From: Xanthobacter sp.
Lineage (GTDB): Bacteria; Pseudomonadota; Alphaproteobacteria; Rhizobiales; Xanthobacteraceae
DNA: 64,000 nucleotides
NCBI GenBank assembly: GCA_050252035.1
Contig: JBFWLR010000007.1
Location: 73,379-137,378, forward strand
Reading direction: 5' to 3'
Positions 21,773 to 32,537 of the stretch are shown piece after piece (position 1 is the first letter of the stretch; each line of letters starts with the position of its first letter). The notes under the pieces are model-generated. The model did no database searches, was not told the origin of the DNA, and was given only the letters and a program-made list of their open reading frames with translations. Position numbers and translations under genes: made by a program.

Positions 21773-24700
21773 TTGCCCCGGAGTTCACCCGTGAAGCGCC
21801 CCCGTCTTGTCGCCGAAGCGCTGGTCAAAGGCCGGCCTGTCCATTTTGCCCGTGTGGCGGATGGGATGGAGGCCATGGTTGTCGGGGATCTGGCCCGTGT
21901 CATCGCCGCGGAAAAGAAAGCGCCCTGGCCCAGCCTGACAGTGGTGTGCCGGGATGGGCAACGGCTGGCGGCGCTGGAGCGGGGCCTCAGCTTTTTCGCG
22001 CCTGAGCTTGAAGTACTCTCTTTCCCGTCATGGGATTGTTTGCCCTATGACAGGGCCTCGCCCAATGCTGCCATTGTCGCTCGGCGCATGGCCACTCTGG
22101 CCCGGCTGGCGCGGGTGGAGGGTGGTGCCGCCAGTGTTCTGCTGACCACGGTGAACGCCACGGTGCAGCGTGTTCCGGCCAAGGCGCTGGTTGCGGCACA
22201 GTCTCTTTCAGCCGCACCCGGCCATATCATCGCTCTGGATGGGGTGGTGGAATGGGCGGAGCGCAATGGCTTTCTGCGCTCTTCCACCGTGCGCGATACC
22301 GGCGAATATGCCGTGCGTGGCGGGCTGATTGACCTCTATCCGCCCGGATATGATGCGCCCCTTCGGCTGGATTTCTTCGGCGACACACTGGAAAGCATCC
22401 GCGCGTTTGATCCGGAAACCCAGCGCACCACCGGCCAGATGCGATCTCTGGAACTGGTGCCGATGGCGGAGTTCCAGCTCACCTCAGATACGATGCGCCG
22501 GTTCCGCATGGCCTATGTGGCCGAATTCGGTGCGGCCCAGAAGGGCGATACGCTGTATGAAGCGGTGAGCGAAGGCCGCCGCCATGCGGGAATGGAACAC
22601 TGGCTGCCGCTGTTCCATGAGCGCATGGACACGCTGTTCGATTATCTGGATGACGGCCCGCTTCTGCTGGACAATCTTGCGGAAGAGGCGGCCGGCGAGC
22701 GTGTGGCGCAGATCCGCGATTATTATCAGGCCCGCAAGGATGCGCTGGAAATGGGGGCCGTGGGCACGGTCTATAATCCCCTGCCGCCCGATCAGCTTTA
22801 TCTTTCGGGTGATGAATGGAGCGCGCACGCCGCTGCGGCCCGGCTGGCGCATATGACGCCCTTCGCCATTCCGGAAGGCGCAAAGGGTGAGGTGTTCGAT
22901 CTGGCAGGCGCTGCCGGACGCTCCTTCGCCGCCGAGCGGGCGGACCCGGAAGGCAATGTGTTCGATGTCGCCGTCAACCATGTGCGCGAACTGCAAAAGC
23001 ACAAAAAGGTCATTCTCGCTGGCTGGTCTGAAGGGTCGCGGGACCGTTTGGGCACAGTGCTCGCAGATCATGGGCTGACGAACGCCGCGCCCGTTTCGCG
23101 TTATGCCCTGCTGGCCGCCATGCCCCGCAATCAGGCCGCTCTGGCGGTTCTGGGGGTGGAAACCGGGTTTGAAACGCCGGAACTGGCTGTCATTGGCGAG
23201 CAGGACATTCTCGGCGACAGGCTGGTGCGCCCCAAGCGCCGGGCGCGCAAGCCGCAGGATGTGATCTCGGAGCTCACAGCGCTGACGGCTGGTGATCTGG
23301 TGGTGCATGTGGACCATGGTATCGGCCGCTTTGTGGGGCTGAAGACCATCACCGCCATGGGCCAGCCGCATGATTGCCTGGAACTACATTATGCCGGTGG
23401 CGACAAGCTCTTCCTGCCCGTGGAGAATCTGGAGCTTCTGAGCCGCTATGGCTCAGAAGATACCGAGGCCCAACTCGACAAGCTGGGCGGCGGGGGCTGG
23501 CAGGCCCGCAAGGCGCGGATGAAGAAGCGCATCCGCGAGATGGCCTCGGCCCTCATCAAGATCGCGGCCCAGCGCCAGCTTGGTGAAGCGCCGAAATTCG
23601 AACCTGCCGCTGGCCTCTATGATGAATTCCGCGCCCGCTTTCCCTATGAGGAAACGGACGATCAGGATGCCGCGATTGATGCGGTGCTGGATGATCTGGC
23701 CTCCGGCCACCCGATGGACCGGCTGGTCTGCGGTGATGTGGGCTTCGGCAAGACAGAAGTGGCCCTGCGGGCGGCGTTTGTCGCGGCTCTTTCCGGCAAG
23801 CAGGTGGCCGTTGTGGTGCCGACCACGCTTCTGGCCCGCCAGCATTTCAAGACCTTCGAGGAGCGTTTTCAGGGACTGCCTGTGAATATCGGCCAGGCAT
23901 CGCGTATGGTCACGGGCAAGGCGCTAACCGCTGTGAAGAAGGGCCTTGCCGATGGCACGGTCGATATCGTGATCGGTACCCATGCGCTGTTGGGTAAATC
24001 CATCCACTTCAAGGATCTCGGCCTTGTCATCGTGGATGAGGAACAGCATTTCGGCGTCAGCCACAAGGAGCGCCTGAAGCAGTTGCGCGCTGAGGTGCAT
24101 GTGCTGACGCTGACGGCCACGCCCATTCCGCGCACGCTGCAACTGGCCATGACGGGTGTACGCGAACTGTCCATCATCGCAACCCCGCCAGTGGATCGCC
24201 TTGCGGTGCGCAGCTTCGTGACGCCATTCGATCCGCTGATCGTGCGCGAGGCCCTGCTGCGCGAGCGGTATCGTGGCGGGCAGAGCTTCTATGTGGTGCC
24301 GCGCATCGATAATCTGGCCGAAGTGCGTGACTTCTTGGCCACCGCCGTGCCGGAGGTGAAGGTGGCGGTGGCGCACGGGCAGATGGCCGCCAGTGCGCTG
24401 GAAGACATCATGACCGCCTTCTATGACGGCCAATATGATGTGCTGCTCTCCACCACTATCGTCGAATCTGGTCTGGATGTGCCCAATGCTAACACGCTGA
24501 TCGTGCACCGGGCGGATATGTTCGGTCTGGCCCAGCTTTATCAGTTGCGCGGGCGTGTCGGCCGGGCCAAGGCACGGGCCTATGCCATCTTCACCGTGCC
24601 CGAAAACAAGCCGATGACCGTGCAGGCCGAAAAGCGGCTGAAGGTGCTGCAGTCTCTGGAAACGCTGGGGGCAGGCTTCCAATTGGCGAGCCATGATCTG

Positions 24701-25300
24701 GATATTCGCGGCGCGGGCAACCTGCTGGGCGATGAGCAATCCGGCCATATCAAGGAGGTCGGTTACGAGCTCTATCAGGAGATGCTGGAAGAGGCGATCG
24801 CGCATCTCAAGGCCGGTATCACCGACTATGTGGACGACAAGTGGTCACCCAACATTACCATCGGCACACCGGTGTTGATCCCCGAGGACTATGTGGGTGA
24901 TCTGCATGTGCGGCTGGCGCTGTATCGCCGTCTGGCCGATATGGTCGAGGATCAGGATATTGATGCCTTCGGCGCCGAACTGACGGATCGTTTCGGCTCC
25001 GCACCGCCAGAGGTGGAGCAGTTGCTCCAGCTCGCCAAGATCAAGGCACTGGCGCGTGCAGCCAATGTCGAGAAGGTGGATGCCGGGCCGAAGGGGCTGG
25101 TGCTGGCCTTCCGCAATAATGAATTCGTCGATCCTTCCGGCCTTGTGAAGCTGATCGCCAATGAGGGGACAGCGGCCAAGGTACGGCCGGATTTCAAGGT
25201 GGTGTTCATCCGCGAATGGCCTTCCGCAGAAGCCCGTCTGAAAGGCACGCTGGATGTATTGAAAAAACTGGCGGTGCTGGCGCAGAAAAAGAAATTGTAG
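21773..25300 (+). CDS. mfd: Transcription-repair coupling factor
   Basis: 1175 aa; CGDVGFGKTEVA, DEEQHFGV, TATPIPRTL, QLRGRVGR motifs. Confidence 0.98.
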   Translation: MPRSSPVKRPRLVAEALVKGRPVHFARVADGMEAMVVGDLARVIAAEKKAPWPSLTVVCRDGQRLAALERGLSFFAPELEVLSFPSWDCLPYDRASPNAAIVARRMATLARLARVEGGAASVLLTTVNATVQRVPAKALVAAQSLSAAPGHIIALDGVVEWAERNGFLRSSTVRDTGEYAVRGGLIDLYPPGYDAPLRLDFFGDTLESIRAFDPETQRTTGQMRSLELVPMAEFQLTSDTMRRFRMAYVAEFGAAQKGDTLYEAVSEGRRHAGMEHWLPLFHERMDTLFDYLDDGPLLLDNLAEEAAGERVAQIRDYYQARKDALEMGAVGTVYNPLPPDQLYLSGDEWSAHAAAARLAHMTPFAIPEGAKGEVFDLAGAAGRSFAAERADPEGNVFDVAVNHVRELQKHKKVILAGWSEGSRDRLGTVLADHGLTNAAPVSRYALLAAMPRNQAALAVLGVETGFETPELAVIGEQDILGDRLVRPKRRARKPQDVISELTALTAGDLVVHVDHGIGRFVGLKTITAMGQPHDCLELHYAGGDKLFLPVENLELLSRYGSEDTEAQLDKLGGGGWQARKARMKKRIREMASALIKIAAQRQLGEAPKFEPAAGLYDEFRARFPYEETDDQDAAIDAVLDDLASGHPMDRLVCGDVGFGKTEVALRAAFVAALSGKQVAVVVPTTLLARQHFKTFEERFQGLPVNIGQASRMVTGKALTAVKKGLADGTVDIVIGTHALLGKSIHFKDLGLVIVDEEQHFGVSHKERLKQLRAEVHVLTLTATPIPRTLQLAMTGVRELSIIATPPVDRLAVRSFVTPFDPLIVREALLRERYRGGQSFYVVPRIDNLAEVRDFLATAVPEVKVAVAHGQMAASALEDIMTAFYDGQYDVLLSTTIVESGLDVPNANTLIVHRADMFGLAQLYQLRGRVGRAKARAYAIFTVPENKPMTVQAEKRLKVLQSLETLGAGFQLASHDLDIRGAGNLLGDEQSGHIKEVGYELYQEMLEEAIAHLKAGITDYVDDKWSPNITIGTPVLIPEDYVGDLHVRLALYRRLADMVEDQDIDAFGAELTDRFGSAPPEVEQLLQLAKIKALARAANVEKVDAGPKGLVLAFRNNEFVDPSGLVKLIANEGTAAKVRPDFKVVFIREWPSAEARLKGTLDVLKKLAVLAQKKKL

Positions 25301-25482
25301 GGCAGGGGAGAAACTCTGGTTTAGAAGAGATCAGAAGCGGCGGGTGCATCTCCTGTCTGGGATGAGATCTCCGCTTTTTCTGGCAGGAAAGAGACTTTTT
25401 CCCTGATTTTCGTTTGCGTCACGCCTCCTGCATGCAACTTGCCTTATGAAGGCCCTTGAGAGCGTTTGTGGAGGAGACATTC

Positions 25483-27555
25483 ATGCCGCAAGACGCGCGC
25501 ACTGCTTTCAGCCGGGCGACGGAACTGCATCGTCAGGGGCGCTATGAGGAGGCGATAGAGATCTATCGCCATCTGCTCAAGGCGCAGCCTGCCGCATTGG
25601 AGACCCAGCGCCTGCTGACCTTCGCGCTGCTGCAGGCCGGCCATGGCGATGATGCCATGGCGAGTGCGCGTCAGGCCTGTGCCTTGCATCCCAAACGCCC
25701 GGAAGCACAGATGCTGATGGGGGCTGTATTTCAGGTTTCACGCCAATGGGAGAAGGCTCTTGCAGCCTTTGATGCGGCCTGCGCCCTTCAGCCATCCTTC
25801 GCCGAGGCACATTATCTTGCGGGTAATACGCTTTCAGCGCTTGGGCGTCATGCTGATGCCGTTGGGCGGTATGATCGCGCGGTGACGCTGGATCCGAAGG
25901 CAACGGAAGCGCTGGCCAACCGGGCGCGGGCCTATGCGCGCCTGAACCGGCAGGAAGAGGCGCTGGCAGATTGTGAGCGCCTTGCGGCGCACCAGCCGAA
26001 CGAATCTGGCCCTCTGGTTCTGAAAGCGGCTGTACTGCTTGATTTCGCACATTTCGAGGACGCTGTTCTTGCCGCAGAACAGGCCCTGAATCTTGAGCCC
26101 CGCCAGTATGAGGCGCATTTGCTGCGCGGGCAGGGACTGGAAGGACAGGGCCGGTTTGAGGAGGCGCGGAAAGCCTTCAACACGGCTCTTTCCTGCGCGC
26201 CGCGACACACTGATATTCTGGCGCGTCTGGCAGGGCTCGAACGTCGCCGGAGCCAGCCGGATCGGGCGGCCGCCATCTGTGATACGGCTCTTGCACTGGA
26301 TCCGGCCTGTACCACGCTGCTGTATGAGCGGGGCGAGGCGCGGCGGGAGCTGGGGGATGTTGAGGGCGCGCTGGCCGATGTGAATGCGGCTCTGGAGCGC
26401 TGGCCCGATGATGCCCCGGCCCTGACCCTGAAAGCACGGCTAATGGCCGATCTGGGGAATGTTGAGCAGGCGCGGATTTGCATTGATGCGGCCTGCCGTA
26501 TGGATGCGCATTATCCGCCAGCCGTTTATCTGCGGGCAACAGATCAGCTTGCCAGAGGGCTGTGGCGCGAGGGCTGGGCCGGATATGAAAGCCGCTCGTG
26601 GTTTCTTCCTGCACCCTATGATCCCCTATCCTTCCCGCGCTGGGATGGCGTGGAGATGCCGGAAGAGCTGATCGTGGTTGGCGAAGCGCATCTGCCGGAT
26701 CTGTTGTTGTTTGCCAGGCATCTGCGTGCTCTTGCAGATCGCGGTATTCCCACCCGTCTGCTCACCGGCGCTCGCAATGTACCCTTGCTGAGCCGGGTGG
26801 ATGCGCGGGTTCTGGTGCAGTCAGATTTGTCCTCCGTAGATGTCTCCCGCCCTGGCCTGCGCTGGGTGCCATTGGGCAGCCTGCCCGGTTTGATGAATCC
26901 AGACCCGGCCCAGTGGCCGCGTCCACCCTATCTCATGGCGGACCCGGAACGGGTTCTGCGCTGGCGTCATCTGGCTGAGGGGGAGGGGAGGTTCTTCCAT
27001 ATCGGAATCTGCTGGCAGGAAGATCCGGCGCGTACGGTGGATGGCGGGCGCTCCATTCCGCTGGAAGCGTTTGCGCCGCTGGCCGATATGCCAGGTGTCT
27101 CGCTCATCAGTCTGCAACAAGGGGGGGCGGCCACTCAGCTTGAAAAGGTGCCTTTTGCTGATCACATCATGAAACTGGAGCAGTCCTGTGATGTAGACGG
27201 CACATTTCTGGATACCTCTGGCATTCTTCAGCAACTTGATCTGGTGGTGACATGTGACAGTGCCCTTTGTCATCTTGCAGGCGCACGTGGACGACCTGTT
27301 TTCACGGCGCTACGGGCCGTGCCGGATTGGTATTGGGGGCTTTCTGGAGACGAGACGCCACTTTATCCCACCATGCGCTTGTTTCGGCAGGAGAAGGCAG
27401 GTGAGTGGGGCGACGTCTTCGCGGCCATAGCTAATGCCGTTGAGGTGCAGCTTGAGGAGAGAAAGGCGGCTGTGGCAGCAAGAGCGGCCGCTCTCAAGGC
27501 CCGGCAAGATGCTGAGGTGCTTGCCGCCGAGATGGAGCGTCAATCGCACAACTGA
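25483..27555 (+). CDS. TPR-repeat protein with C-terminal GT9-like glycosyltransferase domain
   Basis: About 10 TPR-like repeats, then RSIPL, DLVVTCDSALCHLAGARG and YPTMRLFRQ; RBS GGAGGAG. Confidence 0.8.
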   Translation: MPQDARTAFSRATELHRQGRYEEAIEIYRHLLKAQPAALETQRLLTFALLQAGHGDDAMASARQACALHPKRPEAQMLMGAVFQVSRQWEKALAAFDAACALQPSFAEAHYLAGNTLSALGRHADAVGRYDRAVTLDPKATEALANRARAYARLNRQEEALADCERLAAHQPNESGPLVLKAAVLLDFAHFEDAVLAAEQALNLEPRQYEAHLLRGQGLEGQGRFEEARKAFNTALSCAPRHTDILARLAGLERRRSQPDRAAAICDTALALDPACTTLLYERGEARRELGDVEGALADVNAALERWPDDAPALTLKARLMADLGNVEQARICIDAACRMDAHYPPAVYLRATDQLARGLWREGWAGYESRSWFLPAPYDPLSFPRWDGVEMPEELIVVGEAHLPDLLLFARHLRALADRGIPTRLLTGARNVPLLSRVDARVLVQSDLSSVDVSRPGLRWVPLGSLPGLMNPDPAQWPRPPYLMADPERVLRWRHLAEGEGRFFHIGICWQEDPARTVDGGRSIPLEAFAPLADMPGVSLISLQQGGAATQLEKVPFADHIMKLEQSCDVDGTFLDTSGILQQLDLVVTCDSALCHLAGARGRPVFTALRAVPDWYWGLSGDETPLYPTMRLFRQEKAGEWGDVFAAIANAVEVQLEERKAAVAARAAALKARQDAEVLAAEMERQSHN

Positions 27556-27698
27556 TGCCTAGCTTCAGAAAGGGAGCCATTCACCAACTCTATCCAGTCG
27601 TATTTTTCCACACCCCCTCAGGAAAATGACCCTTCTCTCTGTGGAACCTGCCCGCACAGCTTGCAAAATCCGCTTCGGTTCGGCATAGGAGGGGTGCC

Positions 27699-27790
27699 GG
27701 AGACGTGGCCGAGAGGCTGAAGGCACTCGTTTGCTAAATGAGCAGACCCCCAAAAGGGTCTCGAGGGTTCGAATCCCTCCGTCTCCGCCA
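27699..27790 (+). tRNA. tRNA-Ser (GCT)
   Basis: Acceptor GGAGACG/CGTCTCC, anticodon loop TTGCTAA, long variable arm, TTCGAAT, encoded CCA. Confidence 0.97.
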
Positions 27791-28069
27791 TTCCAGCCAG
27801 TTGCCCGCACTAACGCGATATTGCGGCCGATCACCGCATACCCACCAGCCGGCATGGAAAACCGCCGGTTCTACGCTTGGGCGTGATAAATCCTGAGGCA
27901 CAGCGTACGGCAACTTTCGACCCCAAAGGAGACGAACGGTGTGCTTCCGTCATGGCCTGAAAGCTGTCAGTTCCCGCACGCGGATCGGCTTTCGGACCGC
28001 TCGCTGATCGGCAGCGTTGGAGAAATGACAATCACAATTTGCGCGCCTGAACGCGCGGTCAAGTATTAC

Positions 28070-28612
28070 CTATTGTTTCTGTAGGAGACGTTCGAAGACA
28101 CTCTCTACGTCGTCAAAATAGGCACTCCATTCCCCGCTTTCGTCTATGCCGGAAATACGCAGCATAAACAGTCCCTCGACTGCCAGCAGGGCGACCCGCG
28201 CCGCCTTCGCGTCGCTCGTTCCTTCGCCCAGGCGCTTGAACATCGAACGGTACCACTCCCGCGTTTCCGGGACGTTTTCCGGGTTCTGGATGTAGGCGAT
28301 CATCAGCCCGGCCATTTTGGCATTCATGGCCGCCTGCGAACTGCGCATGACCTTGATGTACTTGCGGACCAGATCGGCCGGCGGAACGTCGTCCATTTCG
28401 CCAAGCAACTCGTCAAACTGATGCGTCCATCTCTCGATCAGCGCGCGGACCAGATCGTCTTTCGATGAGAACGAGTACTGGACGCCACCTTTCGAGATAC
28501 CGGCTGCCTTGGCCAAGGCATCGATGGTCAGGCCGGCTGCGCCTTCACTGCGAACGATCCCTTCCGCGATCTCGAGCAAACTCTCACGCGTGATCGTCGG
28601 CTTTCTGCCCAA
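28070..28612 (-). CDS. TetR family regulator
   Basis: LTIDALAKAAGISKGGVQYSFSSKDDL HTH. Confidence 0.93.
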   Translation of the reverse strand: MGRKPTITRESLLEIAEGIVRSEGAAGLTIDALAKAAGISKGGVQYSFSSKDDLVRALIERWTHQFDELLGEMDDVPPADLVRKYIKVMRSSQAAMNAKMAGLMIAYIQNPENVPETREWYRSMFKRLGEGTSDAKAARVALLAVEGLFMLRISGIDESGEWSAYFDDVESVFERLLQKQ

Positions 28613-28643
28613 CTCGTTGCTCCTTCATCGCCAAAAGTTATTG

Positions 28644-28663
28644 AAATCCATACGTATGTATTT
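28644..28663. promoter_or_regulatory. Palindromic TetR operator candidate
   Basis: AAATCCATACGTATGTATTT with perfect core CATACGTATG, between divergent tetR and MFS genes. Confidence 0.65.
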
Positions 28664-28701
28664 ATATCAACAAGCGCAATCCTTGTTCAGGCGAATGGTG
28701 A

Positions 28702-30225
28702 ATGATGTCGTCCGCTTCTGTCCCGGCCAACCGTTGGCTTGTCCTGGTCGCTGTTATGCTGGCCTTCCTCCCCGTGGTCCTCGACATGACGATCCTGCAT
28801 GTCGCCGTCCCGACGCTGACGCGATCGCTGAATGCTTCCGGGACCGAAGTGCTGTGGATCATCGACATCTATCCGCTTCTCATGGCAGGGCTTCTGGTGC
28901 CAATGGGGACCCTCGCAGACCGGGTCGGCAACCGCAAGATCCTGCTCATCGGCCTTGTCACCTTCGCGATCGCCTCGTCATTCGCCGCCTTTGCGCAAAG
29001 CCCCGCCATGCTGATTGCCGCGCGCGTGCTTCTGGCTGTGGGCGGATCGATGATCATGCCATGCGTGCTGGGCCTTATCCGCAAGACCTTCGAAAATGAG
29101 GGCGAGCGTGCCATGGCCCTCGGCCTTTGGGGCATGGTCGGAGCCGCCGGCGCTGCGGTTGGGCCGCTCGTCGGCGGCTCTCTTCTGGAGCACTTCTGGT
29201 GGGGCTCGGTATTCCTGGTCAATGTGCCGGTCATGCTGGTGATCGCGCCGACCTGCTATCTCCTGCTCCCGCGCATCGAAAAGACGACGCCCGGAAGGTG
29301 GGCCATCGGCCAGGCGCTGCTACTGATCGTCGGCATGATATCACTCGTCTACGGCATCAAGGCCGGGTTCGGCGGCAAGCAGCCCCTGCCGATCATCGTC
29401 CTCGTCATTGTCCTCGGCATTGCGGCTCTGGCGCTGTTCGTGCGCAAGCAATTCCGTTCGTCCGAGCCGATGCTGGACCTGTCGCTCCTGTCTCATCCCG
29501 CGATCGTCACCGGCCTGATAATGGCCATCGTCGCATCGGGCGCCCTGGCTGGCGTCGAGCTGGCGCTGGCGCAGGAACTGCAATATGTGCTGGGCAAGAC
29601 GCCACTCCAGGCTGGCATCTTCATAATCCCCATCATGGCGGCGGCGGCCGTGGGCGGGCCGGTCGCGGCCTATCTCTCTAATCTGTTTGGGTTGCGGCTG
29701 GTCGCCACGCTTTCGCTTGCGATCTCAGCGAGCGCTCTGCTATTTCTCGCGCAAAGCGACTTCCACGATCCCGGCGTCCTCGTACCGCTCGCCCTTGCCA
29801 TCCTCGGACTCATGCTGAGCATCGGATTGACGGCCTCGTCGATCGCCATCATGGGCTCCGTGGATGCCAGCAAGGGCGGCGCGGCGGGGTCGCTGGAGGC
29901 GACGGGTTATGAGCTGGGCACCGGTCTCGGGATCACCCTGTTCGGCGTCTTCCTGTCGGGCGCGTTCAGCAGCGCCATCGAACTGCCCTCCAGCCTGTCG
30001 CCGGATTTGGCCGAACAAGCTTCGCGCACGATCGGCGATGCCTACATCGTCGCCAGCGAGCTCCCGGGTGAGCAGGGCGCGGCATTGATCGAGGCAGGCA
30101 AGGCCGCCTTCTCCCAGACCCACGCGGTCCTGCTGACGACGGCTGCCGTGGTGATCACGACGCTGGCGGTCGTCGTGTTCTTCACCTTGGGCGGATATCG
30201 CAGACTTTCCAGTGCGCATCACTGA
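28702..30225 (+). CDS. DHA2 (14-TMS) MFS efflux pump, SmvA/QacA-like
   Basis: LDMTILHVAVPTL, WIIDIYPL, GTLADRVGNRK, WWGSVFLVNVP. Confidence 0.9.
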   Translation: MMSSASVPANRWLVLVAVMLAFLPVVLDMTILHVAVPTLTRSLNASGTEVLWIIDIYPLLMAGLLVPMGTLADRVGNRKILLIGLVTFAIASSFAAFAQSPAMLIAARVLLAVGGSMIMPCVLGLIRKTFENEGERAMALGLWGMVGAAGAAVGPLVGGSLLEHFWWGSVFLVNVPVMLVIAPTCYLLLPRIEKTTPGRWAIGQALLLIVGMISLVYGIKAGFGGKQPLPIIVLVIVLGIAALALFVRKQFRSSEPMLDLSLLSHPAIVTGLIMAIVASGALAGVELALAQELQYVLGKTPLQAGIFIIPIMAAAAVGGPVAAYLSNLFGLRLVATLSLAISASALLFLAQSDFHDPGVLVPLALAILGLMLSIGLTASSIAIMGSVDASKGGAAGSLEATGYELGTGLGITLFGVFLSGAFSSAIELPSSLSPDLAEQASRTIGDAYIVASELPGEQGAALIEAGKAAFSQTHAVLLTTAAVVITTLAVVVFFTLGGYRRLSSAHH

Positions 30226-30248
30226 CTGCCATTTGAAGAGGCCCGGAT

Positions 30249-30812
30249 ATGCAAATCCTTGAAACCGAGCGCCTGATCCTGAGGCCCTTCCGGGAGGGGG
30301 ATGCAGACGACCTCTTCGCCTATCTGCGCGCGCCCGCCGCCTCGTGCTTTCTCTCGCTCAAGCTCGCAGACCTGGCGGAGGCGGAGATCGAGGTCAGGAG
30401 GCGAGCCCTCGACGAGAGCAGCGTGGCGATATGCCTGAAACAAACCGGGCTGCTCATCGGCGATCTGTTCGGCGGCGCCGCGGAAGCCGAGGAGGACGAA
30501 ACGGCCTCGGTAGGCTGGCACCTCAATCCGCAATTCGGTGGTCAGGGATATGCCTTCGAGGCCGCACGGGCCCTGCTCGACCATCTATTTCGGGCCCAGG
30601 ATTTTCGCCGAATCTATGCTTATGTCGAAGACCACAACAAGCCATCGCAGCGCCTCTGCGAAAAGCTCGGCATGCGCCTGGAAGGCGTGTTCATCGAGTT
30701 CGTATCGTTCATAAAGGACGATGCAGGTAATCCGATCTACGAAAACACCATGCAATATGCCATCCTGCGCAGGGAATGGATGTCTGGCGCCTTTGGAATG
30801 CTGACTGAATGA
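30249..30812 (+). CDS. GNAT N-acetyltransferase (RimJ/RimL-like)
   Basis: LETERLILRPF, GGQGYAFEAA, NKPSQRLCEKLGM. Confidence 0.9.
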   Translation: MQILETERLILRPFREGDADDLFAYLRAPAASCFLSLKLADLAEAEIEVRRRALDESSVAICLKQTGLLIGDLFGGAAEAEEDETASVGWHLNPQFGGQGYAFEAARALLDHLFRAQDFRRIYAYVEDHNKPSQRLCEKLGMRLEGVFIEFVSFIKDDAGNPIYENTMQYAILRREWMSGAFGMLTE

Positions 30813-31518
30813 CCTACAAGGTTCTGGTCGGCCAGACATTCCGCCCTAACGGTAGGTGCAGTTTGAATTGCCGCTTACGCAACTTCTTGCCCCAAAGCGG
30901 TCGGGCAGGATCCACCCCATTGGAGCCATTCGCTCGTGCCTCAATTTAGAGGGCTATAGCGTAGGTGTAGTTCTCTGTTTCATCGGCTTCGGCCCGCCAC
31001 TTACCTTTCGCATACACAAACATTCCTTCTCAAAGGCGTTGAAAACGCTGGTTTTTCGCGTCATTATCGTTCTCACTTTGTTTCATTCATTATCATCCAA
31101 GCTCACGAATTGCCGGGCACAACCCGGGCATCCGCGGGTTGGAAAACCGGGCACATTATTCCCGATCCTTCCACCTTCACGACTCGCGGTGGTGACGTGC
31201 CCGGCCCATGCCGTGAAGCGCGATAGCAAGATCAGGTTTTCACAAGCTGTGCCTGCCCATTATCCGGGGCTGCACTCGCGTATGGCAGGGCACCACCGCA
31301 TGAACGGTCCCTCTATGAGGAGGGCAAGTTCGCACGCTGGTTCGCAGGCCCTACGCGCGTGTCCCTGGTGGCGGGCGCGCTACTAGGGATTTGAGGCCGG
31401 GTGGTTCCCGGCTTTAGCCATGGGGCTCGGGACCGGAGAGAGCCGTTTTTTCGTGCATGCGTCGAATTGGGCGTTTTAACCCTGTGTCATGGAATGATGG
31501 GGGATACCTGAAAATCTA

Positions 31519-32360
31519 GCCTCAGGACACATTGCTCAGAGCCAGAAGATAACGGTTGCGGCAAGGGCAATGGCGGAGAAATAGACAGTGGGGCATCTGT
31601 CATATCGCGTAGCGATGCGCCTCCAGTCCTTCAGGCGCCCGAACATGATCTCAATGCGGTTGCGCCGTTTGTATCTGCGCTTGTCGTATCTGATGGGTTT
31701 GGCTCGCGATTTGCGACCGGGGATACAGGGTTTTATGCCCTTTTCCTCCAGGGCAGCCCTGAACCAGTCAGCATCATAACCCCGGTGAGCAAGCAGCCAT
31801 TGGGCCCTTGGCAGACGCTCCAGCAAGGCTGCCGCACCGATGTAATCGCTGATTTGGCCAGCCATCATGAAGAAGCTAAGCGGGCGACCATTGGCATCCG
31901 TTACGGCATGAAGCTTCGTGTTCATGCCACCTTTGTACGTCCAATCAGCCTGCCGGCATCCCCTTTTTACCCGCAGCCTTGATGCCGTGCGGTGCGCCTT
32001 CAAATAGGTGGCGTCGATCATGACTGTCCCGGGCTCAGCGTCAGCACAGGCCATGCCTTCCATCATCCGGCAGAATACGCCCATGGCCCTCCAGCGCTTC
32101 CACCGGTTGTACGTACAGTGTCTTGTGAGGGCCACATTCTTTGGGCGCATCGCGCCAGCGCAAGCCGTTGCGGTTCACGAAAATGATCCCGCTCACCACC
32201 CGCCGGTCATCTGCCCGGGGCTTACCGTGGCTGCGGGGGGGGGGGCATACGGCGCAAGCCGTGCCATCTGCGCCTCTGTCAGCCAATCAGGTTGCTCATG
32301 TTCAGTCTCCTCAGGGAGCCTGAATCACATCCAAATTCCTAAATCAATCGGTCCTCAGCC
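31519..32360 (-). mobile_element. IS5-family element (two-ORF, IS427-like), degenerate, 842 bp
   Basis: Imperfect IRs gcctcaggacacattg / ggctgaggaccgattg flanked by TA on both sides; transposase pieces DDRRVVSGI..NRNGLRWRD, IDAT, RRNRIEIMFGRLKDWRRIATRYD; frameshifts and a G11 run. Confidence 0.88.
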
Positions 32361-32362
32361 TA

Positions 32363-32470
32363 AAGAGCGGCGCGTTGGGCGGCGTCAAAAGCGTATGCCC
32401 GGATGGATGGGTCAAGGACCGAGAAGTCCGCCGCCATTTTGGATGAAATCCACAAGGGCTGCTCGTTCAT
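32363..32470 (-). pseudogene. 5' gene remnant cut by the IS, possibly DUF3141-like
   Basis: AAGGA RBS, then MNEQPLWISSKMAADFSVLDPSIRAYAFDAAQRAAL ending exactly at the IS TA; resembles the YxxDAxQR start of DUF3141 proteins (recollection). Confidence 0.4.
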
Positions 32471-32537
32471 AGTCCTTGACCTGCTCCATGTTTGTTGCCG
32501 GGCATGCCCAAAAGGGGCAGCTAAATCTATGGAGTGA

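Noticed and set aside
27770-27790. attL/attR duplication of the tRNA-Ser 3' end
   Set aside because: No second copy seen by eye anywhere in the window, and no integrase.
30856-31386. 176-aa plus-strand ORF
   Set aside because: No RBS or motif; spans repeat-like and decayed sequence.
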